Shown here piece after piece: positions 21,892 through 35,484 of a DNA stretch of 64,000 bases; position 1 is the first letter of the stretch, and every line of letters begins with the position of its first letter. This DNA comes from Selaginella moellendorffii. Taxonomy: Eukaryota; Plantae; Lycopodiophyta. The notes under the pieces are model-generated. The model was not told the DNA's origin. It ran no database searches and saw nothing but the letters and a program-made list of their open reading frames with translations. The stretch is taken from assembly GCF_000143415.4 (NCBI RefSeq), contig NW_003314302.1, positions 768,736 to 832,735 on the forward strand. The letters run 5' to 3'. Made by a program: the position numbers and the translations under genes.

Positions 21892-24800
21892 ATCGAGAGT
21901 GGAAGAACAGCGTGAGATGGAGTAGCGGCGGTGGCGATCTGGTGGTGGTGGTGGCCGTGGTGGCCGTGGTGGTGGTGGTGGTGATCGCTGGAAGTGGAAG
22001 AAGTACCTGGACCGGCAAGGACGATACCGTGATAGCCGGAACCATCGCCCGGGAGAACCGGAGTGACCAAGATCTTCGCTCCACTCTCGCCACCACGCCC
22101 AGCACTGCCGCTGCCGCTGCTACCACCGCCGCCACCCTCGCCATCGTTGCAAAGAACAAAGCTCCTCCCGGACGCGTCCCGGACGAGCCTCTTGCCGAGA
22201 GCCATGCTCTCCGCCGCCGCCGCCGCGGCCGCCGCGGCCGCCACAGCAGCGGCGCTCTCCGCCGCCGCCGCCACCGTGATCATCTGCTGCTGCTGCTCCG
22301 CCGCCTCCATCATGTGGCCATTGACAAGCAGGCACTGCTGCCCGTCTTCGAGCTCGATGATGTGACAGTCCTTCCCCACCAATAAACTTAGCTGCTGCTG
22401 CTGCTGGAAAAGCTGATGGTGATGCTGTCCCAGTCCTCCTCCTCCTCCATGCGTTATATATCCGGGTAGTAAATCACTACCACCACCACCACCAGCACCA
22501 CCATTACCACTGCCAAGAGGAGCTTGGACCGGGATCAACCTGGGAGCTCCTTGCTGCTGCGAGAGCTGATATACACAAGACCCGGGTGGCAAGCTTCTCT
22601 GCTGCTGCTGGTGGATCTGTGCTGGACTGGCGTCGCCGGAGCTGTGCATATACGCCTTCATCATCGCGATTCGTGCCTTGTACGCTTGCGCGGTGGCTCC
22701 GCGCTTGGACTGGTTGACACTGCCGCTGCTGTCGCTGCTGGAAATCATCCAGGTCGGGACCAGCACCGGAATTCCCATTCTGTTCGCCACTTGCGGGGAG
22801 TCGCTGGTGGTGATCTTGGAGGCTTTCTCGTGCGGCTGCTGGGTCCAGTCGCCGCCAGCCTCTCTCTTGTGTGGCGAAGCTGTTCCCGGAGCATAAGTGT
22901 GTCGAGCTGACGTCGATTTGTCGCTGGGGCGCACGGACCGTTCCCCAGTGAATTCGACGTCAGACGGCGAAGCTCCTCCTTTGGCAATGGCAGCCGCCTT
23001 TGAAACCGACGTTGGACTGCCCTTCTCTTCGTCCGCATCGTCGTCATCAATGACAATGACGTTTGCCTCTGCCTCCTTTTGTTTCTTCGCAGCTAGAAGC
23101 CAAGGCGGAAGATCGCCAGCGTTTTTCTGATCGCCACCCGGGCGAACTTTCTGCGGTTGCTGCTGCTGTTGTGGCTGATGTTGTTGGCTGCAGCTTTTAT
23201 GAAGGCAGCAGTTCAGTGGTGCACCTCCCAGCTTGGCGGAACCAAGATTTATCTGGTGTCCATTGACCTGACTCAATATCCCATTCGGCAGAAGCCTCCA
23301 TGTACCTGGGAGCGGGATCTGGGAGATTGCACTGTTGCTGGTGTAAGGAACTGGCATCTCTTTCCCCAGAGCAAAAGTTATATGCTCGGCTGGTGCGGCC
23401 GACCTCGACGAGCAGCAGCAAGGAGTATGATATCCGGTGGCAGCAGCGTGTACGCCAGGAACCGAGAAGCTGTAGGGGCTTTTAGCTCCTTGCACATCTT
23501 TGTGACCCGACTCCACCATCACGTTCTGACCGAGGAGCCGCAGGACGGGTTTCTCCGCTTTGGCATCGCTGGACGATGCCTGAGCCTTGAAAGAAACCTG
23601 GTCGACGTCGATCACCGCTGGACGATCGCCGCCTTGCATCCACCCGGGCACTTTCGGAATTTTGGTGGAGGAGCTTGGGAAACACTGCACTGCTTCTGTT
23701 GGATGGCCAACATTCTGGAACGGAAACTTTGACTTGTCCAGAGCCGATACTCGTCCGGGTAACGCCTGATAGTATCCATGCACGCCTGTTTCTTTGAAGG
23801 CGACTCGATCGGTAGCTGTTGCCTTGGCTTCGCTAACCTGATTTTCTCTGTTGTAAGGACCCGCCTTTGAACTTGCTTCGACAACAGGTACCACCGAGAC
23901 GCAGATGCTGTCAGAAGCCTGGCTGCACAAGTCGACCCTTGGTGCTGAAGCCTCGCTGTTTCCGATACTGGTAACAACAGAAGCGGGCGTCGAGGGAGTG
24001 CTGTTAGTCTTCGCCAAGGAGGCTCCTAACGTAGCCATCACAACCGCTGCCTTCCATGTTGGATTGTTGAAGTGGCTGTAGCCAGTTACCGAGTCGACTG
24101 AGGTTGATCTCAGGCTGGATATCATAGAGTCGTAGAGCGGAATAGACCTGGGACGCTGCAAAGCATTCTGCTTACAAGGCGTCATGACCTCCGCCACGAT
24201 CTTGTTCTGCATGCATACCTCAGATTGCGCGGCTGTTGACACAGCCGGAGGGGCACTTGTTGCGACTATGGCCGGATCAGCAGGTGGACCAGTGTTTGCA
24301 GCTTCCATACACGCCTTGGCTCCCTCCGCTGATCTATCAGCATCCGCTTCACTTTCCACCACCGCAGGTACAGGAGGACCTTCAGGAATCTGCGTATCCG
24401 GGGGTGGCAAAGCGTCCGGAGCATCGATGGACGTATCAGTCTGGGTAGGTGCCTCGACTCCTTGAGGCTTTTCGCAATCTGCTTTGTTGGAGGAGGAATC
24501 GTCAGTGACATTGACTGGCCCCGTACACGCTGATCTTTTCGCTTTTTCTGGCGTCTTCTCCTGCTCCACCCCAGCAGGCTGCAAACTCGACGGATCCAAG
24601 CAGTTCGCAGAGCCGTGGCTCTCCGAAAGCTCGCAAGACTTCTCCAAGTTGTCTTGGGCCTGCATCGGGGGCAAGTTATTAGAGCAGAAGAGAGCAAAAC
24701 AAGCAGAAAGCAATCGGAAACTAGCAAACTAGCTCTCATCCTGCTACAACCAGCTCTGCTTCACTGTCCTGGTAACTATAGAAGTCCAAGTGGCGGACAC

Positions 24801-26456
24801 GCCTGGCAAAACTCTCGTGATCACGTCCCGTCTAAACAATTCTAACAACGATGTCTCGGCTGAAACCAAGTGGCAAACCCGCAAAGTCCTCGTTGTTCCC
24901 GTCCCGATGCTTGAATGCAGGCATCCACGTGGACAGGAACCTGGACCACAAGGATTGCCCACCAACCAACTCCTGCCACCTGGAAAGGCCAAGCTCCCCC
25001 GCCAATGGGCCCTCAATAATGCTCTCGACGACGTTGCCATGCCTACTCTTCCCCTTCTCCTGTCGTTTCCGTTGCTCTACAAATCATCCACTTTGCGCTC
25101 TCCCACCGCATAGATGCCCATGCACCTCTAGTTTCAACCTCGCATCGGCCTTACCTATCCCTAGATCTCGCAGCAACCTTCGTGCCTGATCCTGTTCTAG
25201 TGCCTGTATCCCCCTGGAGTATCCCTGGAAATCCCTGCTTCCACCTCTATAAACTCTAAAAGCTACGAGCATATCAAGCATGAAATGAAACAAGAGTAAA
25301 GAGAACGTACCTTGGAATGGCAGTAAGTTCCCGAGCTGATGGACGGAGTCCATGAGCTTGTCACCTCCACGGAGTTGCCGGAGCAATGACGCATCTTCTT
25401 GTGCGGCTCCGACCACTCGCCCGACTTCTGGACGCAGTTCCCTGTGCACTCCCGCCGCCGCCTGCGAGCCGCCCGCTCCCCGGCGTCCGGCTTGATCGGG
25501 CTCACCAGGATCATCGACCGGGAGCCGCGGGACCTTGATCTCAAGTTGCGCTGCGCTTGCCCCGACGAGCTCTTGCTCGCGGCCGCCTCCTTGTCAGCCA
25601 GGACGACGACATGGTTGGGCGCACGTCGCTCACGTACCACTGGCTCGGCGTGCTTGGCAGTCGAATCGGACTTGGGAGATGGAGCCGGATCGGCAGCAAT
25701 TATATCTGTTATGGACCGCATTTTTTGCACCTTTGCGCAGGAGCCCTTGTTGTTGACGGTGGTGTTGGTGCTGCGTAGCGCTACGACTCTCTGGCACTTG
25801 TCAGTTCCTGGCGCCGCCGAGAGGCACCCATCGATGTGAGCGTTGAGAGCTGTTACGGAGTGACACGAAAAAGAGGCGCAAACCGGGCATACATTCTGCT
25901 GCTGCCCATCCTCTCCCACGCCCTCGTCACCTGTGGCTGGCTTGGAAGCACCAGCGTCATCTTCCCTGGCCGACCCTTGAATTGCTTCCACCTCTTCTGC
26001 TCCCGTGTCGGAGGCCTTGTCTTCTATGCAGTCCAGGCCCTTGTCTTTCGCTTCCCCTTCCTCTCCCCCCGTTTGGCCTGCTGCTAAAGTCTCTGACGCC
26101 GCAAGCGAGACACCGGCTTCCATCCTCTTCGATTCCTCCCCTGGGCCGTCCAACCCCTTGGACCCATCACGGGCCTGATTCTCAAAGTGGAATTGCACCT
26201 CGAGCTCTTGCTCGCCGGGATGGACCACTTCCGTCACCACGGCTCTAGCGTCGGCTTCGTCCTCCCCAGAAGAAGCTCTTACGGTTGCCACACTCGTCGG
26301 CGCGGTGGCATCTAGATGTGGCAGTGACTTCCCCTCACTCAGGTATCTCTGCAAGAGCTCCTCGGAAAACGGCCAGGTCTGCCTGATGTCCTGCTTGCGA
26401 ACTAACGAGACGAAACCTCTGCAGTCACAATGATCAAAGAAATGATCACTAAGAGA

Positions 26457-26492
<36 letters not shown>

Positions 26493-26726
26493 CTTCGCAT
26501 CTAAAAGTAAAGGAAATGGGAAAACGTACCGTATGGTGAAATTTGACGTCAAGCAATTCTTCTCGGGAAGAGCTAGATCGAATTTGTTGCTGCTATCGGT
26601 GGCAGTGGCGGCGCTCGGCGCCACTGCCGTTCCTCCTGCAGCCTCTCCAGCCCGAAACGCAAAGATTTCGTCTCCACACGAATGGCGCTGCTGGTGGTGC
26701 TGGCATATCGGCGGTGCCACCTCCAT
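21747..26726 (-). CDS. HAPLESS8/EMF1-related large disordered protein with UBZ-type zinc finger, multi-exon
   Basis: NFTIR|GFV..VRKQDI..TWPFS (EMF1/HAP8 N-terminal motif), VCPVC.SFS...TALNAHIDGCL, KMRSITDI, PVLRLLGQNVMV and C-terminal GAKILVTP. Confidence 0.75.
21825..21887 (-). repeat. Perfect (CAG)21 coding polyglutamine tract
   Basis: 63 bp of uninterrupted CTG on the + strand. Confidence 0.95.
26461..26488. repeat. (GA)n microsatellite in an intron
   Basis: Run of gagaga... Confidence 0.9.
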
Positions 26727-29700
26727 ACTCGTTCCCGCACCTTAATCCCGCTGCTGCGCCATTCGATCGGTCGCCAGGGTCAAGAACACGACGAAATATC
26801 GGCCACTGCAGAGAATGGAGACGGCCCTGCCGAAGAAATCACCACTCGTTCTTCTGGAAAACCTTGCCGCCGGGCCTTGGCTTCTGGAAATCTAGATATT
26901 CTCCATCCCAAACTACAATGCGCGCTCTAGCTATGCCGATCTACAGTCCATGACCTAGCGCCGGTGAGCGCCAGCGCTCCATCGCGGATCGATGGCACTA
27001 GGGCATTCGTATCGAGAGAGAGAACGAAGAGAGAAGGAAAAGGGAGGAGAGAAAGCTAGGTAGACCGATGAATGGAAAATGAGAACTGGAACACCACAAC
27101 AATGGGGGTAAAATAAAAATGAGCGCGGTGACTTCCCACGCGGTGTACTGCCTCCGCTGTTCACATTCACCGCGAAAATATCCTAGTGAGCATCCCCGCC
27201 GTTGAATCGACGCCGCCCTAGATTCGATCATGCTGACGTGGATATTCCTGTCATCTTTGCCGTCCACGTGGCCAGATATCCGGCCCTTGCAGTCTTGTCA
27301 AGGAAGTGGCGTTGGGTCCCAATGCACAAATTCTTTCCCGGTGATAGTTCGCGTAGAGATTATTTTTAGGGCTATATAAACAACAGCCGGTGCTCGATAC
27401 ACCAAGAGCTCGATTGACTTGTATAATGCGAGGAGCTCTCTTTTGTATTATTGAGTGTTTAGTCAACTCGAGGACAAGGCAATGGCCTAGATTGCTCCCC
27501 CAATCGTTGGTTGGACTTGGGAGCCGTCGATTGACGTATGTGCCCCAGGGGAGTCCGCCACCTTTCCGTTTGGAAAGGGCATGCAAACAAGGGGTTAAAA
27601 GGGGCGAACGCTTCGAAGGTCCAGGAACCATCCGCCCTAAAAACCATCGCCGCCAAAAGTCTCCTCACAAGGCGACGCTTTGGTGCCCCGCGAATAGCGA
27701 ATAGCGAATAGCCGGGCCTCGGATTTAAATCTCGGAGCGTGACGGCTCGCATGAATATGCGAATGTTTGGGTCGGCTGATGCCGCCCCCAGTCAAGACGC
27801 CGCCAGTCATTACCTGGTGGCCGAATAGGAGTTTGTGTGTTTTTGACAGGCCCACGTACGAAACTCCCACGTGGCTGTCCCATCTGGCTTGAATGTATGG
27901 TATGGCCGGGCCATGCATTCATCGGCATGGGCATGGATGGCCATGGGGGCGTTACCAAGGGCCTTTTCTCGGAGTCTGGAGTTTCAAAACTGGGGCTATC
28001 GCATCGCTCCATTGAATTAAATGCTTTTGCATTGTTTTCTCACACTCTTTTTAATGCTTCTTTTTTCTCGATTTTGAAACACACGCCCGACAACAACTTG
28101 TTACCGCCCCATGGAGGCTGCCCGTGCTGCCCGTACGGGAGGGAGGGTGCTATGTGCAAATACGTACCTTGCTGCCCATCCCGCCCTAGCTACTTTTATT
28201 GTAGGTTAGTTGAGGTTAGTTCAAAAGGCTGGGAAATATCCTACAGTCCGTGCTGGCACAAGAAGCTTTTCCTTTTTCAGAATATAAAATCTGTATAAAT
28301 TGGTATTTGGATAATTAGAAGTTCTTGACCATGACTTTTTCAAGCCCTAAATATCCTCATAGTTTAACAAATACCATGACAAACTAAAGTGTATTAATTT
28401 AAAAAGTAAATACTTTCAAGAAAGTGAAAATTATTTCTATCTTTGAAGATATGTTTCACTATATAACTTTATATTGAGTACTTCTACCACTAAGATTATC
28501 ATGCATTAACTAGATTTAGTTATGTTAATAATTTAAATATAAATCAAATCTTAGATATTCTTAAATATTTAAATGATATTTTTAATTAAATTTTTGTAAA
28601 AAAAATTAAAAATAAATATTTTTTCTTATGCTGAAAAGTTATCAAACCTCCTTTTCTGTGTGTAAAAATATTACATGCAAAAAGTTATATACACATTAAT
28701 TTTAAATATATACACATGGCACAAATAGATTAAAAAAATTAAAAGTTGAAATATAGAGATTATTAATAATGTGTTTGTTTAGGATATATATATTTTATAT
28801 ATTTTATTATATTAAAAAATATAAAATTATATAAAATTAAAAAATACTTTATGTTTTTTAATCACAGTCTTAAAATTTTTAAAAACCGGGAGCATTTTAT
28901 ATCCAAATATTTGTTCAACTAAGTGGCTGATTTATGTATGCCTCAATTAATTTATAAGAAAATTTAAAATTTAAATATTTTTCAATAAATTGGGCCAACT
29001 AAAATAAAATTGTAAAATTACTCTTTATTTTGGAAAATGTTTTATCAAATAATAATCATATATATATATATATAATGGTTTATATATAATGATAATCTAG
29101 AATGATTGGAATTAAATCATATGTATAAATAAAATAAAACCAAAAAATTAAAATTTTCAACTTATTATGATCTAAGCCTTTTGAATCTTCATTATCCAAT
29201 TTATATTAACTTTTACTATAGTCAATTATTATAACAATGAATATGAGTAATGCAACAATTATAAATAGTAATAGTCATGTGATAGTTACATCACTTTTTA
29301 TGTAATTGTTACCAAAAAGTAAATATGTAATATAATATAATGATAAATTATATGTATATATACAAATATTATAAAGTTCACTTTTATAATTTAGGAAAAA
29401 TGTAATAAATAATCATATTTCTTGTTTAAAGTATTTTAACTTAATTCTAAATAACAAAAACCTTACAGATATTCTTTAAACAATTTTATACAATTTCCCA
29501 GTGTTAATGGAGTAATGTATATCGAGGCTTGCGGCATCCTCAAGGCTGGATGTTTTGTCCATGGCTTGATCCAAGAGTGTGGCTTCCAGAGCGTCCCATT
29601 TGTGGGAAACTAAAAACATGTATATTGTTGGGCATGCTCTCTGAGTCATGGCAAAACCAATCTGCCAATGAACCACGCAAGATGGTTGCAGCATCCATCG

Positions 29701-29744
29701 AGGCATATAGAATTTAGAATATTTCAGGAGCAAAAAGCTACCAC

Positions 29745-30319
29745 CTATGGTCCTCCCAAGATTGCATTCTCCAAATCTTCCCTGCAAAGTGCATAGCTAA
29801 ATTTCCGCTCAATATCTCTCTCCAAGTTACCAGGGCCGCCCTTGAGGTATCTTAAATCCAAAACAAGAGGTAGGAAGCAAATCAATAAAAGAAAAGAGAA
29901 AACAAAGAGACAACAAGCCACCTGATACGAAGCTCCGTGATCTCCAGAGACAATTGCGCGTGCCAATCCGACCTCTCAATCACCCACGAAGCTCTCTCCT
30001 CGGCCGACTGTAAGAATCCCAAGCTCTTCAGCCATGCCTCAATGCAGGGAAGGCTGTGAGAATACAAAGCCGACTTCTTGTCAGGGAGGAGCTTCAGCCA
30101 TTTGTCCGTCGCTTCGGCTTCTGGCGCATTGCTTCGCTTGTCCGCCCTCACTATCACTACGCTACTTCCATAAGTAACACCCTTTCCTCGTCGGCAGAGG
30201 CTAAAGTATCTCTTCCTGGATAAAAGTGGAACCCCCTGCTCGAAGTACCTGATTCTAGAATCGAGAACCCATCCCGCTGCACCGGAAAAACCACCAGGAA
30301 CACTAACCAGCGACGCCAT
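29745..30319 (-). CDS. DUF3143-family (cyanobacterial/plastid) protein, two exons (intron 29851-29921)
   Basis: LYSHSLPCIEAWLKSLGF...W.IER.DWHAQLSLE.TEL.IRYL..GPGNLERDIER.FSYAL.REDLENAILGGP; transit-peptide-like N-terminus. Confidence 0.85.
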
Positions 30320-30406
30320 GCTTCCTGGAGCAGCCCTAAATTGAAAAACCGTATTCGCGGTTAGAGAGAAATATAAGTACCTCCGAAGTACCTGTGATGG
30401 AAGCTT

Positions 30407-32192
30407 TCACTGAGCTGGTGACTGTCTACGTTGGAATCCATTAACTTGCGGTGAGAGGGTGTGATTCGCGATCCCGTTTGGTGGTAGAAACACCCCTGTT
30501 CCCAGTGACATTCCACGTCCAAACTCGAGGCTCTGAAAAGATGAAGATAGCCTGGCCAGTGCGTTTGTGGATGACGATTGACGAGCCTGTGGTCTAGACG
30601 AATCTACCTGCGGTTTCAGCCTTCCAAAAGCTATCAGCACTTGCCGGCTCTGGGAGGGAGAAACCGCGCACTGAACTAGTTCCTTGCTGTTTCTCTGGAG
30701 CACCAAGAGGGACCTGTAAAAGGAGGACTAGCATTGTTGTTGTCAGAGAGAGAGAAGAGCAGCGTTTACCCCGGAGCAAGTGTCAGATTGAATAGTTTAC
30801 CGGCGCTTCTCATTTCCAGATTCCTTTTGAATGTCAACAAGGACAGATCTCTACCGAAAGTCAGAAAGGACCGAGACAATGAAACCATGTATACTGGTTG
30901 GTCAAAACTATGATACGCACGAAGGAGCATAAAATCCTCCTGTAAACGGCACACAGCATTAAAAAAAGTAGAACCAAAACAAAAAGCTGTAATACCGGCT
31001 CAAACACACTAATGCTGCACGAGGTTGGCCTTTTATCTGGAGGAATATCTTGTAGCTTGAGCACGCGCTCGAGAAGAAAATCCAAAAACGGGGGAACGCC
31101 ACCTTCTGCTACAATTTCCTCTGCAAGGTTTCCGTCAACAGAATAGCTTAGTGTCGATAACAAGATCAAAAAATGCGTTTTCTTTTCTGTACCCCTTGGC
31201 ATTACCCTTTGGCATGGAAGACAGTTCTTGCTCTTGTTCTTCAGCGATAATTTCTGATGGTATCGTTCCAAACTGTATCGATCGCGATCGCTTACGTCCT
31301 GCTCAAAGCTCGTAAGCGCTGAATCGTTTTAGAGATACAAAGTTACCTTCGCCACTTTTCACGATGTGGGACTGAGTCACCGCAGCCAGCAATTCAGTAG
31401 TATCAGCGACATTTTCATACACCTCCAGTCCTTCAAGAACATTCACCTGTTGAAAACTATTAGCGATGCCAAAAGCTCGCAGCAACGCAAACAAAAGCTT
31501 GCCTAACAAACAAAATCAAAAACCTGTTCGCCTTCAACGTCTTCCAATCCAACAATAAACTTAGGGGAGGAAAGGTTTGCCGCAGAAAGAGAAGACTTAC
31601 TAGCAGCCTCCTCCGCCACAGACAAGGTGGACACCTTTCTTGACAAAGCTTGATCTGTGTAAACCAAATCCATTAGAGACCACCCAAGCAAGCAAAAACT
31701 CAAAGAAAAAAAAGTTTAGAGATGTTCTTCCAAACCTTCGAGGAGTAGTTCCTCTTTACTGGATGAATCCTCCTTGGCAGGCTCGCGGAGATCCTTGTTT
31801 TGCTGGAAGCTCGATCCTCGAAACGAGAATTTGCCAGAGCTTGGCAACTTCTCGCTGGCTTGAGCGTGATGGATCTTCTTTAGAGTCACCTGCTGGAGCG
31901 CCATGAGAACCTCCGCCACGGAGTAGTAGTGCTGCATGTGGAGAATGGGATTCCAGCTGAATCGCCGCTGCTGGATGCAAGCCACAACCAGATCATACTC
32001 CCCGGGCGAGCCGCTCATCTGCAAATGCTGGCAAAGCGCATCGATAATCGCATTGGCGGCCGCGAATTCGCCCCTCAGCCACGAAATAAATCCATCCCTC
32101 TCGTCGGGAATCCAGTGCTGGGGATGGATCTCGGCGGCGCGGATCGGCATTGGCGCGGCCGGGGAGGAGGGATTTGCCGCATCGGCGGCCAT
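30407..32192 (-). CDS. ALKBH10: ALKBH10-like (plant m6A demethylase family) protein, multi-exon
   Basis: DERDGFISWLRGEFAAANAIIDALCQHL...IQQRR..W..ILHMQHY.SVAEV, VNVLEGL..YE and C-terminal GTGVFLPP. Confidence 0.85.
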
Positions 32193-32432
32193 ATCGGGAG
32201 CTATCGAGAGGAGATCGCCGCGAAAAGAGAAATCTAGCCAGATCGTGAGGGGAATCAGCGGTAGAACACGAAAGGCCGGAATATTTCGATCCCTCTTACC
32301 ATCGATCGCGATTCTTCCTCGCAGCGCCTCGTGGACACCAGGCAAAGATGCGAAGATCCAAAGTAGAATAAACCCTAAGCGTCTTTAATCCGTGTTAATA
32401 AAGCACTCGTTAACCTCACTTTACCAGCTTAT

Positions 32433-33745
32433 CTATTTGGTGCTCTTTTGGAGAGCCTCTTCCAAAACTTTTTGCAGCGTTTTTCTTCTTCTCATCGCGA
32501 GCGCAAGACAATCCTGGAAAAACGAGGAATCGAGGATGCCAAGCTTTCACGATTTTGATTCTAGGAGAAGAGAACGAACCTGGATTGTTGCTGTAGAAGC
32601 AGTGGTCGATCCACCAGCCTTGTGGAGAGCGATGATTTTCTGGGAAGAGTTGAGGATCACGATCATCTTAGTGTCTAAAATGGCTTCCTCCTCGGCTGTG
32701 GGATCCGCGATCAAGGACTTTTGGTTCATGGCTACTGTCAGCGCGAATGGAAATTCACCGAGGTTGAGGCGTCGCGGTTGAGTAAACTCGATCCCATCGG
32801 AGCTTGCTTGGGCATCTGGAGGAGCCTTCGTGATCTTTCCCTCGCTTCTTACACAGATCGCGGGTACCTGTACTGTCCTGAAACTCTCAGCGAAAGAACA
32901 GAAGAGAACAGAGTGGCTTGGAGAAACTTACAATGCGCTAGAGCAGCTACTGACGCGAGCAGTGCTGCGTCAAGAAGTGATCCATCGGCGTCTAAGCAAT
33001 AAACGTCCTGGGAAAGTTGCAAAGAAAATAAGAACCAAATATGAATCACTGTGGTGATGCTACCAGATAGATCATCCAAGCGGCTTTACCACTGACGATC
33101 GAGAGCTCACGTAAATCGACAACACCGGAGCTGGAAGAAGAAAAAATCGGAGCTTTGGGCATGAAGGAAAAAGAAAACCATCATACCTCAAGAGGGCATT
33201 TTGCAGCTGCTCGGTTATGACATATGCCTCCTCTGCTGGCCTTCCTGGCCTCACTCGAGGCGAGCAAATCGGTGGCATTACGAAATCTACAGCTGCTCGA
33301 AAGAAAATTCATACAGTTCAAGACTTCGTCTGAGAAAGGACTCACACAGGCAGCCTTGATCGGGTGTATCAGCAGCCGGCTCCATCGTCTCTAGCTTCGC
33401 TCCAGCCAGCATTGTCTATCGCAAAACCTCCCGAGTCCATCCAATCAATCGATCAAATCAAAGAGCAAAGTCTCACAAATCTTACCGTGTTTCCAATCTT
33501 GACAAGCGCCGATCCGTCCGCCGACGACACAGCGTCTAGAAATCCACAAATGCGTCAGAATACTTCGGAAGAAATCACGAATCCTCCTGCCAGGAAGAAA
33601 TTCCCCACTCACTGAACGACACCGACGTCGGGCGCGATCGCGTGAGCGGCCTCCCATCCGGCCGCACCGACGCATCCAGGTAGCGCTCGAGAAACTGCGC
33701 GGGATACAGGCGCTTGAACGCATCCACCTCGACGTCGTCCGCCAT
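32433..33745 (-). CDS. RRP43: Exosome complex component RRP43-like (RNase PH family), multi-exon
   Basis: DAFKRLYP.QFLERYL..SVRPDGR, ADGSALVKIGNT, MPPICSPRVRPGRP, DVYCLDADGSLLDAALLA, IADPTAEEE and LHKAGG. Confidence 0.9.
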
Positions 33746-33963
33746 AGCTAAAACCCTAAGAATTTCCTCGTGTGCCCTAATTAGGGCTGACGTGACACAT
33801 CACGCCACGTCAGCAGGAGTAGGACAAGCAGGGTTTAAGAAGGGACCCCATTTCCACACAAATATCACCCCCTGGGCTTTCTTTTCTATTCACAAAATTT
33901 GGGGGCTTTCTCTCTCTCCTTGGGCGCAAGAACACCATCGCTACAGCAGCGCGAGCAAGGGTC
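33746..33963. promoter_or_regulatory. Compact bidirectional promoter (RRP43 / KH gene) with telo-box and ACGT elements
   Basis: 218 bp between divergent ATGs; AAACCCTAA at 33751-33759; inverted pair CTGACGTG...CCACGTCAG. Confidence 0.55.
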
Positions 33964-35484
33964 ATGTCTGGGCGATCTTACATGCACTACTCGCCATCGT
34001 CCGCATCCACTGGCAGCCTCTCGCCTCAAATCGGCGGCCTTGGAAGATCTCCCAACGCGCTGCTGGAGCATGACAAGTGAGTAATCCATACCTCGCATCT
34101 CCCATCTCTTCCATCCCATCTTGCTCGCGCTCGCGATATTTCGGTCGATCGCTGGCGATATTTCGATCGGTAGGTCATCGAGCGTCGCGGATCGGAGGCT
34201 TCCGGCTGGATTGGGGCCGCGCTTAGAATGTAGGGAAGAATGGGGTGTGGTGGAGCTCAGAGATCAGAGATCTGGGTTTCTGATCATCTTTTTTCTCTTC
34301 CTTTCTTTTTACCTTTTTATTTCTTCTCTCATCTCGTTTCATCGTTTCTTTGTCTCAGGTACTTCACAGAGTTACTTATGGAGCAAGAAAGTCTGCGACC
34401 TTTCATGATGGTTCTTCCTCACTGCAGCTTCCTACTTAATCAGGGTACGTTACATACACTTGGATCGATTTAAAGTTTTGATCGGTTGTCTCATTTCTCG
34501 AGCAGAGATTCTTCGAGTTTCTAAACTCATAGGCCAGTCACAACTTCTAGACCAGGACACTTTGGACATGGGAAGCCCCCTCGGGTTGATTTCTAATGGA
34601 GGAAGCAGAGATTTAAATGCTTGGGCTGCCATGCAGCACGAGGTTGGTCATGCTTTTCTCTTTGGTTTTTGTTCGTTCTCTAGTTTTGAGCTCGATCTTC
34701 TGTTTCTTTTTTTTTTTATATATGATCCATGCAGAGGACTGTCTTACCTCTCTGGCATGGCAGCCCTGCCGGTTCGCCTGGACCGATTATAAAGAAGACC
34801 TTGCGAATCGAGATTCCTACCGATGATTATCCTAACGTAAGTGTTTATCATTTCGTGCGTTTTGCGTATGCGAGACGAGCTCTTTCGTCATTTCTTGCTT
34901 GCTTGCAGTTTAACTTTGTGGGCCGCCTTCTTGGGCCGAGAGGACTGTCGCTGAAGCGTGTCGAGAACGAGACCGGGTGCCGCGTGATGATAAGAGGGCG
35001 AGGGTCGATCAAGGACGCAGCAAAGGTATGGGTTTTTCTCCCCGCGCACGGCCGTTTCATTTTGTTGCTTAGAGCTCTCTCTCCAGGAGGAGAAGATGAG
35101 GGACAAGCCTGGCTACGAGCACTTGAACGAGCCATTGCACGTCCTCGTGGAGGCGGAGCTTCCGGCCAACCAGATCGACACGCACTTGCAATACGCGCAG
35201 GAGATAATTGAAGACGTGCTTCGGCCACCTCCGGTATCGCTTTTTTTCTATTAAGGTTATCCTCTCTAGTTCTTAGCGCACAGAAGTCACTAGCTATCTT
35301 TTTTTTCACAATAAGTTTCCGTGACTGCTGTCCACAGGACGAGTCTGTGGACGCCGTGAAGAAGGCGCAACTCCGGGAGCTGGCGATGCTAAACGGTACA
35401 CTACGAGAGGATAGTCCATACTTGACAGGTTCGCTGACTTCATTCAACAATCCCGGCATGAAGAGACCGAAAATTCGAAGATGA
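33964..35484 (+). CDS. STAR/QKI-type KH-domain RNA-binding protein (SPIN1-like), multi-exon
   Basis: QUA1-like [30 protein letters not shown]; [39 protein letters not shown]; QUA2 [13 protein letters not shown]. Confidence 0.92.

Noticed and set aside
21581-22385. Poly-Leu and poly-Ser ORFs
   Set aside because: Alternate-frame and antisense shadows of the CAG-rich coding region.
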